NCBI GenBank assembly: GCA_050253415.1
Contig: JBFWJC010000001.1
Coordinates: 712,679-776,678, forward strand
Length of the DNA: 64,000 bases
Reading direction: 5' to 3'
Source: Pedobacter sp.
Lineage (GTDB): Bacteria > Desulfobacterota > Desulfuromonadia > Desulfuromonadales > Syntrophotaleaceae
The position numbers were made by a program, and so were the translations under genes. The notes under the pieces were generated by a model. That model saw only the letters and a list, made by a program, of their open reading frames with translations, did not search any database and had not been told where the DNA came from. Below are positions 47,186-56,358 of the stretch, in pieces. Position 1 is the first letter of the stretch. Every line of letters starts with the position of its first letter.

Positions 47186-49776
47186 CGCAACCCCATAAGG
47201 CGATAGATGGCGGGGATGTCGAGACTTTGGCGCACGGCGTCGGCCAGCCGTTCAAAAGCCGGTTCCAGATCGTAGCTGGCCTGGATGGTGCCGAGGGGCT
47301 TGAGACCCTTGCGTTGCCGCAAACGGTCGATGAACCAGCGGCGGAAACCATCGGCGTCGAGCAGGCCGTGCAGATAGCTGCCCCAAAGCAGGCCGTCGCT
47401 GCGGCAGGCGCCCATGGCCTGTCCGCTGCTGCCGATCAGAGCTGGCGGAATGTCTTCTGCCCGGCTCTGGCCATGATGGATTTCGTAGCCGAAGACTTTC
47501 ATGCCGGAAATGCGGTGGCGGGCTTCGGTGCGCGTCAGGGTTTTGTCCTGCTCGAGAACCGTGTCGATGGGAAGCAGCCCGAGACCGACCAACTCGGTTC
47601 CCGGTGATTCGATGCCATGCGGATCGTTGATCGAACGACCGAGAATCTGGTAACCGCCGCAAATGCCGACGATTTCACAGCGGCCCGCGGCGGCCAGCTC
47701 TTGCAGACTGCGGTCGAGGCCGACGGCGCGCAGAAAGGTCAGGTCGCCGATGACGTTTTTGCTGCCCGGCAGGATCACGGCATCCGGGCGACCAAGATCC
47801 TGTACGCGTCGTACGATGCGCAAGCGGACATCCGGTTCGATGCGCAGCGGTTCCACATCGGTGAAATTGGAAATGTGCGGCAGGTCGAGCACGACGATAT
47901 CTACGCCGTCGTCCGCGGAACGCTGGTCGTCGAACAGACCGGACTTGAAGCCGACGGAATCTTCTTCCGGCAGGCCCAGATCCTTCAGGTAGGGCACCAC
48001 CCCGAATACCGGACGTCCGGTGTGCTCCAGGGTGTAATCGAGCGCATCTTTGAGCAGGCTGGCCTGACCCCGAAACCGGTTGACGACGAATCCGGCGATC
48101 TGGGCGCGTTCACTTTCCGACAGGACTTCCATGGAACCGACAAACGAAGCGAAAACGCCGCCGCGGTCGATATCGCCGACCATCAGCACCGGAGCTTTTG
48201 CATACTGGGCCATTTTCATGTTGACGATGTCATGGGCCTTGAGATTGACCTCGGCAGGGCTGCCGGCGCCTTCCAGTACCACGGCGTCATACCCGGCGGC
48301 CAAAGAGTCGTAGGATTCCTTGACCCGTTCGAAGGCTTCGGCCTTGTAACGGAAATATTCCATGACTTTCATATTGCCGACCGGTTTGCCGCAAACGATC
48401 ACCTGGCTGCCGGTGTCGCTGCTCGGCTTGAGCAGGATGGGGTTCATGCGCACGTCCGGATCCAGTCGCGCGGCCTGGGCCTGCACGACCTGGGCGCGCC
48501 CCATCTCTCCGCCGTCGCGGGTGACGAAGGAGTTCAACGACATGTTCTGGGCTTTGAACGGCGCCACCCGGTAGCCGTCCTGCAGCATGATGCGGCACAG
48601 GGCGGCGGCCAGAACACTCTTGCCCGCATTGGAACTGGTGCCCTGGAACATGATGGCCGGTGTATGGTGGCGGGTGGTGATCAGGGGCGCCATGAAAAGT
48701 TCCTGGCGCAGAGCTTCGACCAGTTGCTGGTTTTCGGGTTCGGTGCGCACCGCGATCCGGAAGAAACGTCGGTCAAGGCCTTCGAAATTATCGCAGACCC
48801 GGATGGCCAGGCCGCGTTTGAGTAATCGCGCAGCCAGGGCGGGTGCGTCCATGGAGGTGCGATCACAGCGCACCAGCATGAAATTTGCCTGCCCCGGATA
48901 GACCTTCAGGTAGGGAATCTGCTCCAGTTGCATACGCAATTTGTCGCGCAGAACACCGATGGCGGCCCGTGACTGTTGGGTGTACTCGGTATCGAGCAAG
49001 GCAGCCTCGCCGACCTTCTGGGCGATCGTATTGACCGACCAGGGGGGTTGCAGAGATTTGACCTTCTGCACGGTTGACGGCGAAGCCACGGCCAGGCCCA
49101 GGCGCAATCCGGGGATGGCGAAAATCTTGGTCAGAGACAGCATTACCACGACATTGCCGGGGCGGTTGACGGTGAGGCTGTCGAAATCTTCCACAAAATC
49201 GGCAAAAGCCTCATCCACGATAAAGGTCGCGTTAGGGAAACGCCGCGCCAGATGCCGTAGGCGATGCGCGTCGAAGGTCCGGCCCGTCGGATTGTTGGGT
49301 TGACCCAGGGGCACCATGGTGGGGGTGTCCGCCAATGCCTTCAAGGCTGCTTCGACCTGATCGAAGTCGAGGGCGAAGCCGGTTTCTTCTGACATAGGCA
49401 GAATGTGAATTCTCAAACCGGCGACACGCGCGGCACTTGCGTAATCGACATAGCTCGGCACCGGGATGAGTGCCTGCCGAACCTTGAGAGCATGGGGAAG
49501 CAGGTAAAACAGCTCGGTGGAACCGTTGCCGATAAGAATCTCGTCAGGATTTACGCCATAACGCTCGCAAGCGGCCTCGACCAATGCCTGGCCCTCAGGG
49601 TCGGGGTAGTGCACCAACGAGCTGATGCTGCCACTGATGCGGGCGCGCAACCACTCGGGGGGGCCCAGAGGGTTGATGTTGGCCGAAAAGTCGCGCAGTG
49701 ATTCGGGGTTCACACCGGCGGTCATGGCCAATTGTCGCAGGTGGCCTCCGTGTCGCCAGTTGCCGGATTCCGTCAT
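47182..49776 (-). CDS. cbiP: Fusion of L-threonine-O-3-phosphate decarboxylase (CobD) and cobyric acid synthase (CbiP/CobQ)
   Basis: N-half: [36 protein letters not shown]-half: [37 protein letters not shown]. Confidence 0.93.
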   Translation of the reverse strand: MTESGNWRHGGHLRQLAMTAGVNPESLRDFSANINPLGPPEWLRARISGSISSLVHYPDPEGQALVEAACERYGVNPDEILIGNGSTELFYLLPHALKVRQALIPVPSYVDYASAARVAGLRIHILPMSEETGFALDFDQVEAALKALADTPTMVPLGQPNNPTGRTFDAHRLRHLARRFPNATFIVDEAFADFVEDFDSLTVNRPGNVVVMLSLTKIFAIPGLRLGLAVASPSTVQKVKSLQPPWSVNTIAQKVGEAALLDTEYTQQSRAAIGVLRDKLRMQLEQIPYLKVYPGQANFMLVRCDRTSMDAPALAARLLKRGLAIRVCDNFEGLDRRFFRIAVRTEPENQQLVEALRQELFMAPLITTRHHTPAIMFQGTSSNAGKSVLAAALCRIMLQDGYRVAPFKAQNMSLNSFVTRDGGEMGRAQVVQAQAARLDPDVRMNPILLKPSSDTGSQVIVCGKPVGNMKVMEYFRYKAEAFERVKESYDSLAAGYDAVVLEGAGSPAEVNLKAHDIVNMKMAQYAKAPVLMVGDIDRGGVFASFVGSMEVLSESERAQIAGFVVNRFRGQASLLKDALDYTLEHTGRPVFGVVPYLKDLGLPEEDSVGFKSGLFDDQRSADDGVDIVVLDLPHISNFTDVEPLRIEPDVRLRIVRRVQDLGRPDAVILPGSKNVIGDLTFLRAVGLDRSLQELAAAGRCEIVGICGGYQILGRSINDPHGIESPGTELVGLGLLPIDTVLEQDKTLTRTEARHRISGMKVFGYEIHHGQSRAEDIPPALIGSSGQAMGACRSDGLLWGSYLHGLLDADGFRRWFIDRLRQRKGLKPLGTIQASYDLEPAFERLADAVRQSLDIPAIYRLMGLR

Positions 49777-49817
49777 GGTTTTATCCTTTTTATAGTTTCA
49801 ATCTGCTCTATCAACTA

Positions 49818-50716
49818 CAAGACCGCGGGGTTGCGCCCCCGCCCGGCGCCTTACTTTTTGTCCAAGCCAACAAAAAGTAAGCAAAAAATGGCTTTCCCCT
49901 GCGGGGGGCAATGTGGTCACGACAGGTGGAAGATTCCACGACGATGGCGTCAACCCATCGTGCCACTGGTTTCTTGGTACTGTTTCTCTTACGCAGGTTA
50001 CTGAATCGAGATGGCCATTACTCCTCTTGCGAAATGGGCAGCAAGGTGTAGTTGAGTGAAAAGCCTAGGCAAAACCTCAACCCAAATCTTCGCCGAGCCG
50101 GAACTCGGTGTGTCTTTACACGCAGCGACGGTGTTGAAAAGATCCTCCTTCACCGGTGGCAAATCAACTCTGGTGGTAAGTGGAGCGCCCGCAGACGCGC
50201 CATTCCAGGATCGCTGCGCCGGTTCGCAAAGCCATCTCTTTTTCGCGCTAGTGGTGTCGGCGCAGCCAAGGCCATTTCTTTGGATACTTTCTTTGGGGCC
50301 TTGCAAAGAAAGTATCCCGGCTGCCGGCCGGGACCGGCGAAGTTGAAGTTAAGGTTTCAAGGCTTCCGACAACCAAACACCAACTTCCAGACCGCGGGGT
50401 CGCGCCCCCGCCCGGCGCCTTACTTTTTGTCCAAGCCAACAAAAAGTAAGCAAAAAATGGCTTTCCCCTGCGGGGGGCAATGTGGTCGCGAAGGGTGACG
50501 AATCCTATAATCCTTGCGTTAATTGATCATGCCGCTGGTTTCTTGAAACTGTCCCTCTTGCGAGAGGGATAGCTAAAGAGAGCATTTACTCCTCCTGCGA
50601 TGTGGTCATTAAGGTGTTATTGGGTGAAAAGCTTAAGCAAATCCTCAACCCATAACATCAGCAATACCGGTTTGCCGGTGTGTCCTTACCTGCCGGCCGG
50701 GACCGGCGAACTTGAA
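49818..50716 (+). repeat. Tandem type A repeats (full copy plus an internally deleted, diverged copy from ~50387)
   Basis: Same ends, and the same linker (GTTAAGGTTTCAAG.CTTCCGACAACCAAACACCAACTTC) as at 37468-37506. Confidence 0.9.
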
Positions 50717-50726
50717 GTCAAGGTTC

Positions 50727-51470
50727 TCACATCCCTCCAAAGGCCAGTGCAGCAGCCACCAGAGCCGGGATCAATTCCGTCAGTTCGCAGGCCGCACCGA
50801 GAGTATCCCCGGTAAATCCGCCGATCTTTCTTTTGCTGTAGGCCGCCAGCAGAAGGATGACTGCCAAGCTGGCTCCAGCCGTTATCAAACCTGATGGTCC
50901 CTGCAGTAGCCAGGCGCTGCCGGTCAGCAGGACCGCCGTTGTCAGCCCTGCTCGAAGAGTCGGCCGAAACACCTCGGCCAGGCCGCCGGTGGTGCGTGCA
51001 TAGGGGAGCACCGCCAGACTTACTGTCAGAGCCGTGCGTCCGGCCAGGGGCATGAGTACGATGGTGGTCATGCGTAACGGCGCGGGCACTGCAGCCAGTG
51101 TGGTGACTTTAAGTAGCAGCAGGCCGCAGATGGCCATGACGCCCATGGGGCCGCTGCGGCTGTCGCGCATGATTTCCAGCATGCGCTCGCGACTGCGGGA
51201 GCTGAAAAAGCCGTCGGCCGAGTCGGCCAATCCATCCATGTGCAGGCCGCCGGACGCTGCCAGCAGGATCAGCACAGTGATCACGCTGACCACGGTTGGC
51301 GGCAGGATCATCCCCAGGCCCAGGTCGATGATTGCGGCAAGCATGCCGATCAGGGCACCGACCAGGGGAAACCAGATCAGGCTGCGGCCAAGATCCTCAC
51401 CGGTGCCAAGCCAGCGGGCCGGCAGCGGCAGCACGGTGAGAAAACCGAGGGCGGCGAACAGGCTTTTCAT
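50727..51470 (-). CDS. cobS: Adenosylcobinamide-GDP ribazoletransferase (cobalamin synthase)
   Basis: FLTVLP, GGLHMDGLADSADG, IMRDSRSG, GGFTGDTLGA. Confidence 0.95.
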   Translation of the reverse strand: MKSLFAALGFLTVLPLPARWLGTGEDLGRSLIWFPLVGALIGMLAAIIDLGLGMILPPTVVSVITVLILLAASGGLHMDGLADSADGFFSSRSRERMLEIMRDSRSGPMGVMAICGLLLLKVTTLAAVPAPLRMTTIVLMPLAGRTALTVSLAVLPYARTTGGLAEVFRPTLRAGLTTAVLLTGSAWLLQGPSGLITAGASLAVILLLAAYSKRKIGGFTGDTLGAACELTELIPALVAAALAFGGM

Positions 51471-52537
51471 GCGTCCACGTTGCTCTGGCTGACGGCGGCC
51501 TCTTCAAAGGTGGCCATCTCGGTGAGGAGGCGTTGGGCGCCTTCCACCAGGGTCATGGCCAGGGCCGCGCCGGTGCCCTCACCGAGACGGAAATCGAGGT
51601 CCAGAAGAGGTTTTTTGCGCAGACGTTCAAGGGCCAGGCGGTGTCCCTGTTCGATGCTGTGGTGCGCGGCAATCATGTAGTCGGCCGAGGCCGGTGCCAC
51701 GGACTGCGCTATCAGCGCGGCGGCGGTACTGATGAAACCGTCAATGATGACCGGTTTGCGCAGGGCCGCGGCGCCGAGGATCAGGCCGGCCAGACCACCG
51801 ATTTCAAAGCCGCCGACCTTGGCCAGCACGTCGATCCCATCGTGGGGATCGGGCTGGTTGATATCCAGGGCCCGCTGAATCACGGAAACCTTGTGCCGCC
51901 GCTGCGCGTTGTCGATACCGGTACCGTTGCCGGTCGCCTGCTCAGCGCTGGCTCCGGCCAGCAGGGCGACGATGGCGCTGCTCGGTGTGGTGTTGGCGAT
52001 CCCCATATCTCCCGTACCGAAAAGGTCGGTGTCGCTGGCGAAGGCCTGGGCGACTTCGATGCCGGCCTCCAGACTCTGAAGGGCCTGTCCGCGGGTCATG
52101 GCCGGGCCCAGGGCCATATTTGCGGTGCCGGATGCGACAGCTTTGCACAGGATGGCCCCGCTGTCGGTCAGGGCCGAAAGATCGCAGGCGGTACCCATGT
52201 TCACCACCAGCACCCGGGCTCCTGCGACGCGTGCCAGGGCGTTGATGCCGGCACCGCCGGCGACGATGTTGCCGATCATCTGGCCGGTGACTGCCTGGGG
52301 GAAGGCGCTGACCCCTTCGTCGGCAACGCCATGATCGCCAGCCATGGTCACGATCAGGCGCCGTGCTACCTCCGGTTTGAGGGAACCGGTCATCCCTGCC
52401 AGATCGAGAGCCAGGTCCAACAGGCGTCCCAGAGCCCAGTGCGGCATGGTCAGCCGGTCGAGGCGGTCTTTAGCCTGGCGGCGGATATCTTCATCCTGGG
52501 GCTTGATGTTGGCGATGGTCGCATTGAGCAGATTCAT
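51467..52537 (-). CDS. cobT: Nicotinate-nucleotide:lower-base phosphoribosyltransferase
   Basis: AGDHGV, GDMGIANTT, GGFEIG, DGFI, RLGEGTGA, MATF. Confidence 0.95.
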   Translation of the reverse strand: MNLLNATIANIKPQDEDIRRQAKDRLDRLTMPHWALGRLLDLALDLAGMTGSLKPEVARRLIVTMAGDHGVADEGVSAFPQAVTGQMIGNIVAGGAGINALARVAGARVLVVNMGTACDLSALTDSGAILCKAVASGTANMALGPAMTRGQALQSLEAGIEVAQAFASDTDLFGTGDMGIANTTPSSAIVALLAGASAEQATGNGTGIDNAQRRHKVSVIQRALDINQPDPHDGIDVLAKVGGFEIGGLAGLILGAAALRKPVIIDGFISTAAALIAQSVAPASADYMIAAHHSIEQGHRLALERLRKKPLLDLDFRLGEGTGAALAMTLVEGAQRLLTEMATFEEAAVSQSNVDA

Positions 52538-53088
52538 GAAATATCCTCCTGTTTCAGATGCAATGGCAGGCCGCAGGCCACCAGGGTAACCTGGTTGGCA
52601 TTGGCGGCGAGCAACTGGTTGCAGCGTCCCAACAGATCGCGGAACAATCGGGCCTCCCGGTTTTCCGGGACGATACCCAGTCCGACCTCACCGCTGACGA
52701 AAATGACAGTGCCAGGATGCCGCTTTACCGCCTCGATCAGGGCGTGACAGCGCCGTTGCACATCTTCTTCGGACAACGGCAGATTGTTGTTGCAGCCGGC
52801 TTGATACATGAGATTGTTGATCCACAGGGTCAGGCAGTCGACGAGCACCGTGGGGCAGCTTGTGGCCTGCGCCAAGGTGGCGGGCAAGTCGAGCGGTTCT
52901 TCAAGGGTTTGCCAGTGCTGCTGCGTACGGGCCTGACGGTGTTTGCGGATGCGTTCCGCCATCTCCGCATCGGTTACCGGACAGGTCGCCACATAGGCGC
53001 GCGGGCCGGGTAGCGATTCCGCCAGGCTCTGGGCATAGGCGCTCTTGCCGCTACGGGCGCCACCGGTTACCAGGATCATGCGACTCAT
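52534..53088 (-). CDS. cobU: Adenosylcobinamide kinase/guanylyltransferase
   Basis: TGGARSGKS, DCLTLW, EVGLGIVP, FRDLLG. Confidence 0.95.
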   Translation of the reverse strand: MSRMILVTGGARSGKSAYAQSLAESLPGPRAYVATCPVTDAEMAERIRKHRQARTQQHWQTLEEPLDLPATLAQATSCPTVLVDCLTLWINNLMYQAGCNNNLPLSEEDVQRRCHALIEAVKRHPGTVIFVSGEVGLGIVPENREARLFRDLLGRCNQLLAANANQVTLVACGLPLHLKQEDIS

Positions 53089-53708
53089 GCGGTTATCCCC
53101 TGCAGGTGACTGCGGTCGTTGAGGCGGGTCAACACGCCTTGATCGCCAAACAGGCGCACGGCGGAGATAGATGCCGGGTCGATTTCAAATAACAGGTAGT
53201 GCTTGGCCGGCAAGCCGAGCCACTGGCAGATCAGTGCGCGGATCACGCCGCCGTGGGCGAACACGGCCACCGGTTCGGTTTGCGCAGCGGCGGTGCGGGC
53301 GATGCGCTCGGCGGCCCGTTGAATGCGATGCAGAAAATCCGTGTAAGCCTCGCCCTGCGGGAAGCGGAAGTCCTGCTCCAGGCGCGCCCAGCGATCCACG
53401 TCTTCGGGGTAATCGCGTGCAATTTCGGCGAAGGAGAGAGATTCCCAAAGGCCAAAATCGATTTCACGCAGATCGTCATCCTGTTGGCACATCATGTCGA
53501 TAGACGCGTTTGCGATGGTTTCGCGTACGCGCAACATGGGGCTGCAGAAAGCTTCCCGGCAGGCTGATAATTCGGTGCAGTGCGCCAGGGCCTTAGCCTG
53601 CGCCTGCCCCAGAGGACTCAGCGGCACATCCCGTCGGCCGACGAACCGACCTTTGAGGGCTTCACCGGTATCACCATGGCGGATGAGAAACACCTGTGCG
53701 CCGTTCAT
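53085..53708 (-). CDS. cobC: Alpha-ribazole/adenosylcobalamin-phosphate phosphatase (His phosphatase)
   Basis: IRHG, LREIDFGLWE, FPQGE, AHGGVIR; operon context. Confidence 0.88.
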   Translation of the reverse strand: MNGAQVFLIRHGDTGEALKGRFVGRRDVPLSPLGQAQAKALAHCTELSACREAFCSPMLRVRETIANASIDMMCQQDDDLREIDFGLWESLSFAEIARDYPEDVDRWARLEQDFRFPQGEAYTDFLHRIQRAAERIARTAAAQTEPVAVFAHGGVIRALICQWLGLPAKHYLLFEIDPASISAVRLFGDQGVLTRLNDRSHLQGITA

Positions 53709-54958
53709 GCTGCGACCCCTTCCATCAGCCTGCTTAAAACGGCGAAGGCCGTTTCATGGTCCGTGGCTGCGGCAATTTCTTCGACCGTGCCGGGCCGGAA
53801 CCAGTCCATGTTTGAAAAGGCCGAAACCACCTCACCGACCACGATCAGGCCAGGGCCCTCGGAGCCATCGGCGGTTTTTTCGACTTCTTCCACGATGGTT
53901 GCCAGGGTACCTATGAAACGTTTTTGCCGACTGGTGGTACCGTCGGTAATCAACGCCACGGGGGTTGCGGCCGGTCGCCCCTGGCGTACCAGCTTGTCCG
54001 CTACGGTGGAGAGCATGGTTTTACCCATGAGCAGGATCAGCGTGTCGGGACCCTGAGCCATGCGTCGCCACTGTTCTTCACTCAATCCTGCGCCGTCTTT
54101 TTTATGAACGGTATAGACGCCGAAGGATGTGCCGAATTCACGGTCGGTGATAGGGATGCCGGCGTAGGCCGGTACCGCTGCCACGCAGCTGACGCCGGGT
54201 ACGATCTCGAAGGGGATGCCGGCTTCGCACAGGGCGCGGGCCTCTTCGCCGCCGCGGCCGTAAATGGTCGGGTCGCCTCCCTTGAGGCGCGCCACATTGC
54301 GCCCTTGCAGCGCCAGTTCGAGCATCAGTCGGGTGATATCCTCCTGGTTGAATTTGTAGTTGCCCTTGCGTTTGCCGACGTCGATTTTTTCAGCATGGGG
54401 GGCATAGCGTGTGACCAGCAGCGGGTTGGCGATGGCATCGAACAGCACCACGTCGGCCTGGCGCAGGCAGTCGGCGCCTTTGACCGTAAACAGGCCGGGG
54501 TCGCCGGGGCCGGCACCGATCAGGTAAACCTTGCCGGGAAGGCCGGTGTTTTCTCGACTAACGGCATTGACAGCGGATGCCGTGGGTGGGCAGGGAAGGT
54601 TCGTACCCGTGGCTTGTGTACCGGGCAACACGAAATCTCCCGACAGGGGATCATCGCCACGCATGAGCAGGATCCCGGCGGCACGCGCGTCGGCTGCCAC
54701 CCGCGAGTTGATTTCAGGATCGGCGGCGTCGGTGACGACCAGAAAAACGCCGTCAAGATCTTCGCGCCGGTAGGGGCTTTGCCGGATTTCGATACAATCG
54801 GGCATCTGTTCAGCCAGGGGTGAAGTCGTGGGTGAGTCGATCAGTCGCAGGTGCGCACCGGAAGCGGATAGCTTGGGAATAAGCGCTCGGACGAAGGGGC
54901 CGTTGCCGACCAGCAGGCAAAGACGTTCTTCGATGGATAGATGAATCGGCAGGTACAT
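53705..54958 (-). CDS. cobA: CysG-like fusion: short SirC-like N-domain plus uroporphyrinogen-III C-methyltransferase
   Basis: C-half GKVYLIGAGPGDPGL, RLKGGDP..YGRGGEE, PAYAGIPITDR; N-half MYLPIHL...LLVG.G...DFVLP. Confidence 0.85.
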   Translation of the reverse strand: MYLPIHLSIEERLCLLVGNGPFVRALIPKLSASGAHLRLIDSPTTSPLAEQMPDCIEIRQSPYRREDLDGVFLVVTDAADPEINSRVAADARAAGILLMRGDDPLSGDFVLPGTQATGTNLPCPPTASAVNAVSRENTGLPGKVYLIGAGPGDPGLFTVKGADCLRQADVVLFDAIANPLLVTRYAPHAEKIDVGKRKGNYKFNQEDITRLMLELALQGRNVARLKGGDPTIYGRGGEEARALCEAGIPFEIVPGVSCVAAVPAYAGIPITDREFGTSFGVYTVHKKDGAGLSEEQWRRMAQGPDTLILLMGKTMLSTVADKLVRQGRPAATPVALITDGTTSRQKRFIGTLATIVEEVEKTADGSEGPGLIVVGEVVSAFSNMDWFRPGTVEEIAAATDHETAFAVLSRLMEGVAA

Positions 54959-54972
54959 GGGAACCTCTCCGC

Positions 54973-55008
54973 AAAAAAAAAATCCCCGAAGCATAAGGCT
55001 TCGGGGAT
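54973..55008 (-). terminator. Attenuator terminator in the cob riboswitch expression platform
   Basis: ATCCCCGAAGC-N5-GCTTCGGGGAT followed on the minus strand by a long U-tract, just before the first cob gene. Confidence 0.85.
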
Positions 55009-55092
55009 AACGTTTTTTATCCGCCTGTTACGGTTTGCACACGGCGAATCTTTGTCCGGCCTCAATCCTCGAAGGTCGTAACAGCACGTGTG

Positions 55093-55256
55093 CAGGACAG
55101 GCAGGTCTTCTGGCTCCCGGGTCATTCTTTCGGCCACGCCTTCCCTTTCGTCGTTACGAAAAGTGGCATTCTGTGGCTTTCGTCACCGGTTACAGCGGCG
55201 GGACCGCGACGGATTCACACCGTCTTCCCTGTTAGGCTTTAAAGCACCTGTCCTTG
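55093..55256 (-). ncRNA. Cobalamin riboswitch heading the cob operon
   Basis: AGGTGC...AACAGGGAAG..GGTGTGAATCC..CGCGGTCCCGCCGCTGTAA...GCCAC...GGGAAGG...AGCCAGAAGACCTGCC; outer stem AGGACAGG/CCTGTCCT. Confidence 0.95.
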
Positions 55257-55261
55257 GTCAA

Positions 55262-55289
55262 ATTGTAAGGCACCAGGTCGAAGCTGCAA
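55262..55289 (-). promoter_or_regulatory. Putative sigma70 promoter for the cob operon
   Basis: TTGCAG-N16-TACAAT directly 5' of the riboswitch. Confidence 0.5.
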
Positions 55290-55378
55290 GCTTCTAAGTA
55301 CCTGTTGTATGTTTTAACAGATGACCTCCGGTAAAACTATCCCCAAAATGGGGTATTTCTTTTCTCCCCCATCGAATA

Positions 55379-56206
55379 TCAGGATGAGGTGTCTGACACC
55401 GGTTCGTGACGCAAACGCAGATGCCAGGCCAGCGGCAGACAGAATTTGGAGATACCGGTCAGAAGGGTTCCGGTTAGTACGATGGCCCACATGGTCCCGG
55501 CATCCAGCTGGTCCCGGAACAGCCCGGTGACCAGGGTGGTGCCCCACAGCAGGCTTAATCCAAGTATCAGCTGAACATTCTGGCTCATGGCGTGTATGCC
55601 CCAGAAATTTTCGGAAATACGACTCAGATTGCCATGACGCAATTTAATTTCAATGAGTTTAAACCAGACCCGCCCTTCGGCGACCTGCGCCGAGCCGTCG
55701 AAAATATGATGCAGCAGATAAAGCACGATAAGCAGATATTTGCTGAAGGTCAAATTGCCGAAACAGGAGCTGAAAAACGGCGGATAGCACAGCACCAGCA
55801 TCGCTGCGCCGAGGGCCTGGCCGATGCCGACCAGGGTCAGCCCGTTGATAAGCTTTTGCAGCTGATGATGTTTGTCGGCCAATCGCTCCAGGTGATCGAC
55901 AAAGGATGAGACTTTGATGCTGCTGACGAAGGTGATGCCGGGATACACATATTTGGTTAATACCCCCAGCACCGCGGCGACCTTGTACTCGGTTTCGGCC
56001 ATGGTGAACATGGTGTAGAGAACCGCGCCTTCAAGGATGCTCTTGCCTATCGTGTACATGAAGTTACCGGCTTCGCCAAAACGGTAGAAGCGGCTGATGA
56101 CCAGCGCATGAGCCCATAGGTGCGTCTTGTGGATGACATCACGGACCAGCCCGGGGTGTCCATTGTGGGAAGGCGACTCAATCTTAGGAGGCAGTTCATG
56201 ATTCAT
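55379..56206 (-). CDS. Uncharacterised ~6-TM membrane protein, copy 2 (half-MFS-like)
   Basis: Paralog of 24700-25521 (shared GKSILEGAVLYTMF, DGSAQVAEGR, ISENFWGIHAMSQN). Confidence 0.8.
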   Translation of the reverse strand: MNHELPPKIESPSHNGHPGLVRDVIHKTHLWAHALVISRFYRFGEAGNFMYTIGKSILEGAVLYTMFTMAETEYKVAAVLGVLTKYVYPGITFVSSIKVSSFVDHLERLADKHHQLQKLINGLTLVGIGQALGAAMLVLCYPPFFSSCFGNLTFSKYLLIVLYLLHHIFDGSAQVAEGRVWFKLIEIKLRHGNLSRISENFWGIHAMSQNVQLILGLSLLWGTTLVTGLFRDQLDAGTMWAIVLTGTLLTGISKFCLPLAWHLRLRHEPVSDTSS

Positions 56207-56358
56207 GGGGTCGGTTCTTTCCCTGTGGCTAATACCGTGCAGAGTGCCGCCTGGTTGAAAAAAGGCGTAACGACGAATTAAGACCGTTACGCCCTGTCGA
56301 GCATAGCTGCTTCTGTAGTCGGGACGCCGGCGGCTACCGCCGACGTCCCTGGATGAGA

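Noticed and set aside
47182..49776. CobD-CbiP fusion as a novelty
   Set aside because: The fusion is real, but fusions among cob enzymes are common; listed as a feature only.
33811..50894. Recurring short ORFs within the repeats (e.g. CPSQQKVSKKWLSPAGG, GHFFGYFLWGLAKKVSRLPAGTGE)
   Set aside because: Translations of non-coding repeats; starts, stops and frames differ between copies; no transposase motifs.
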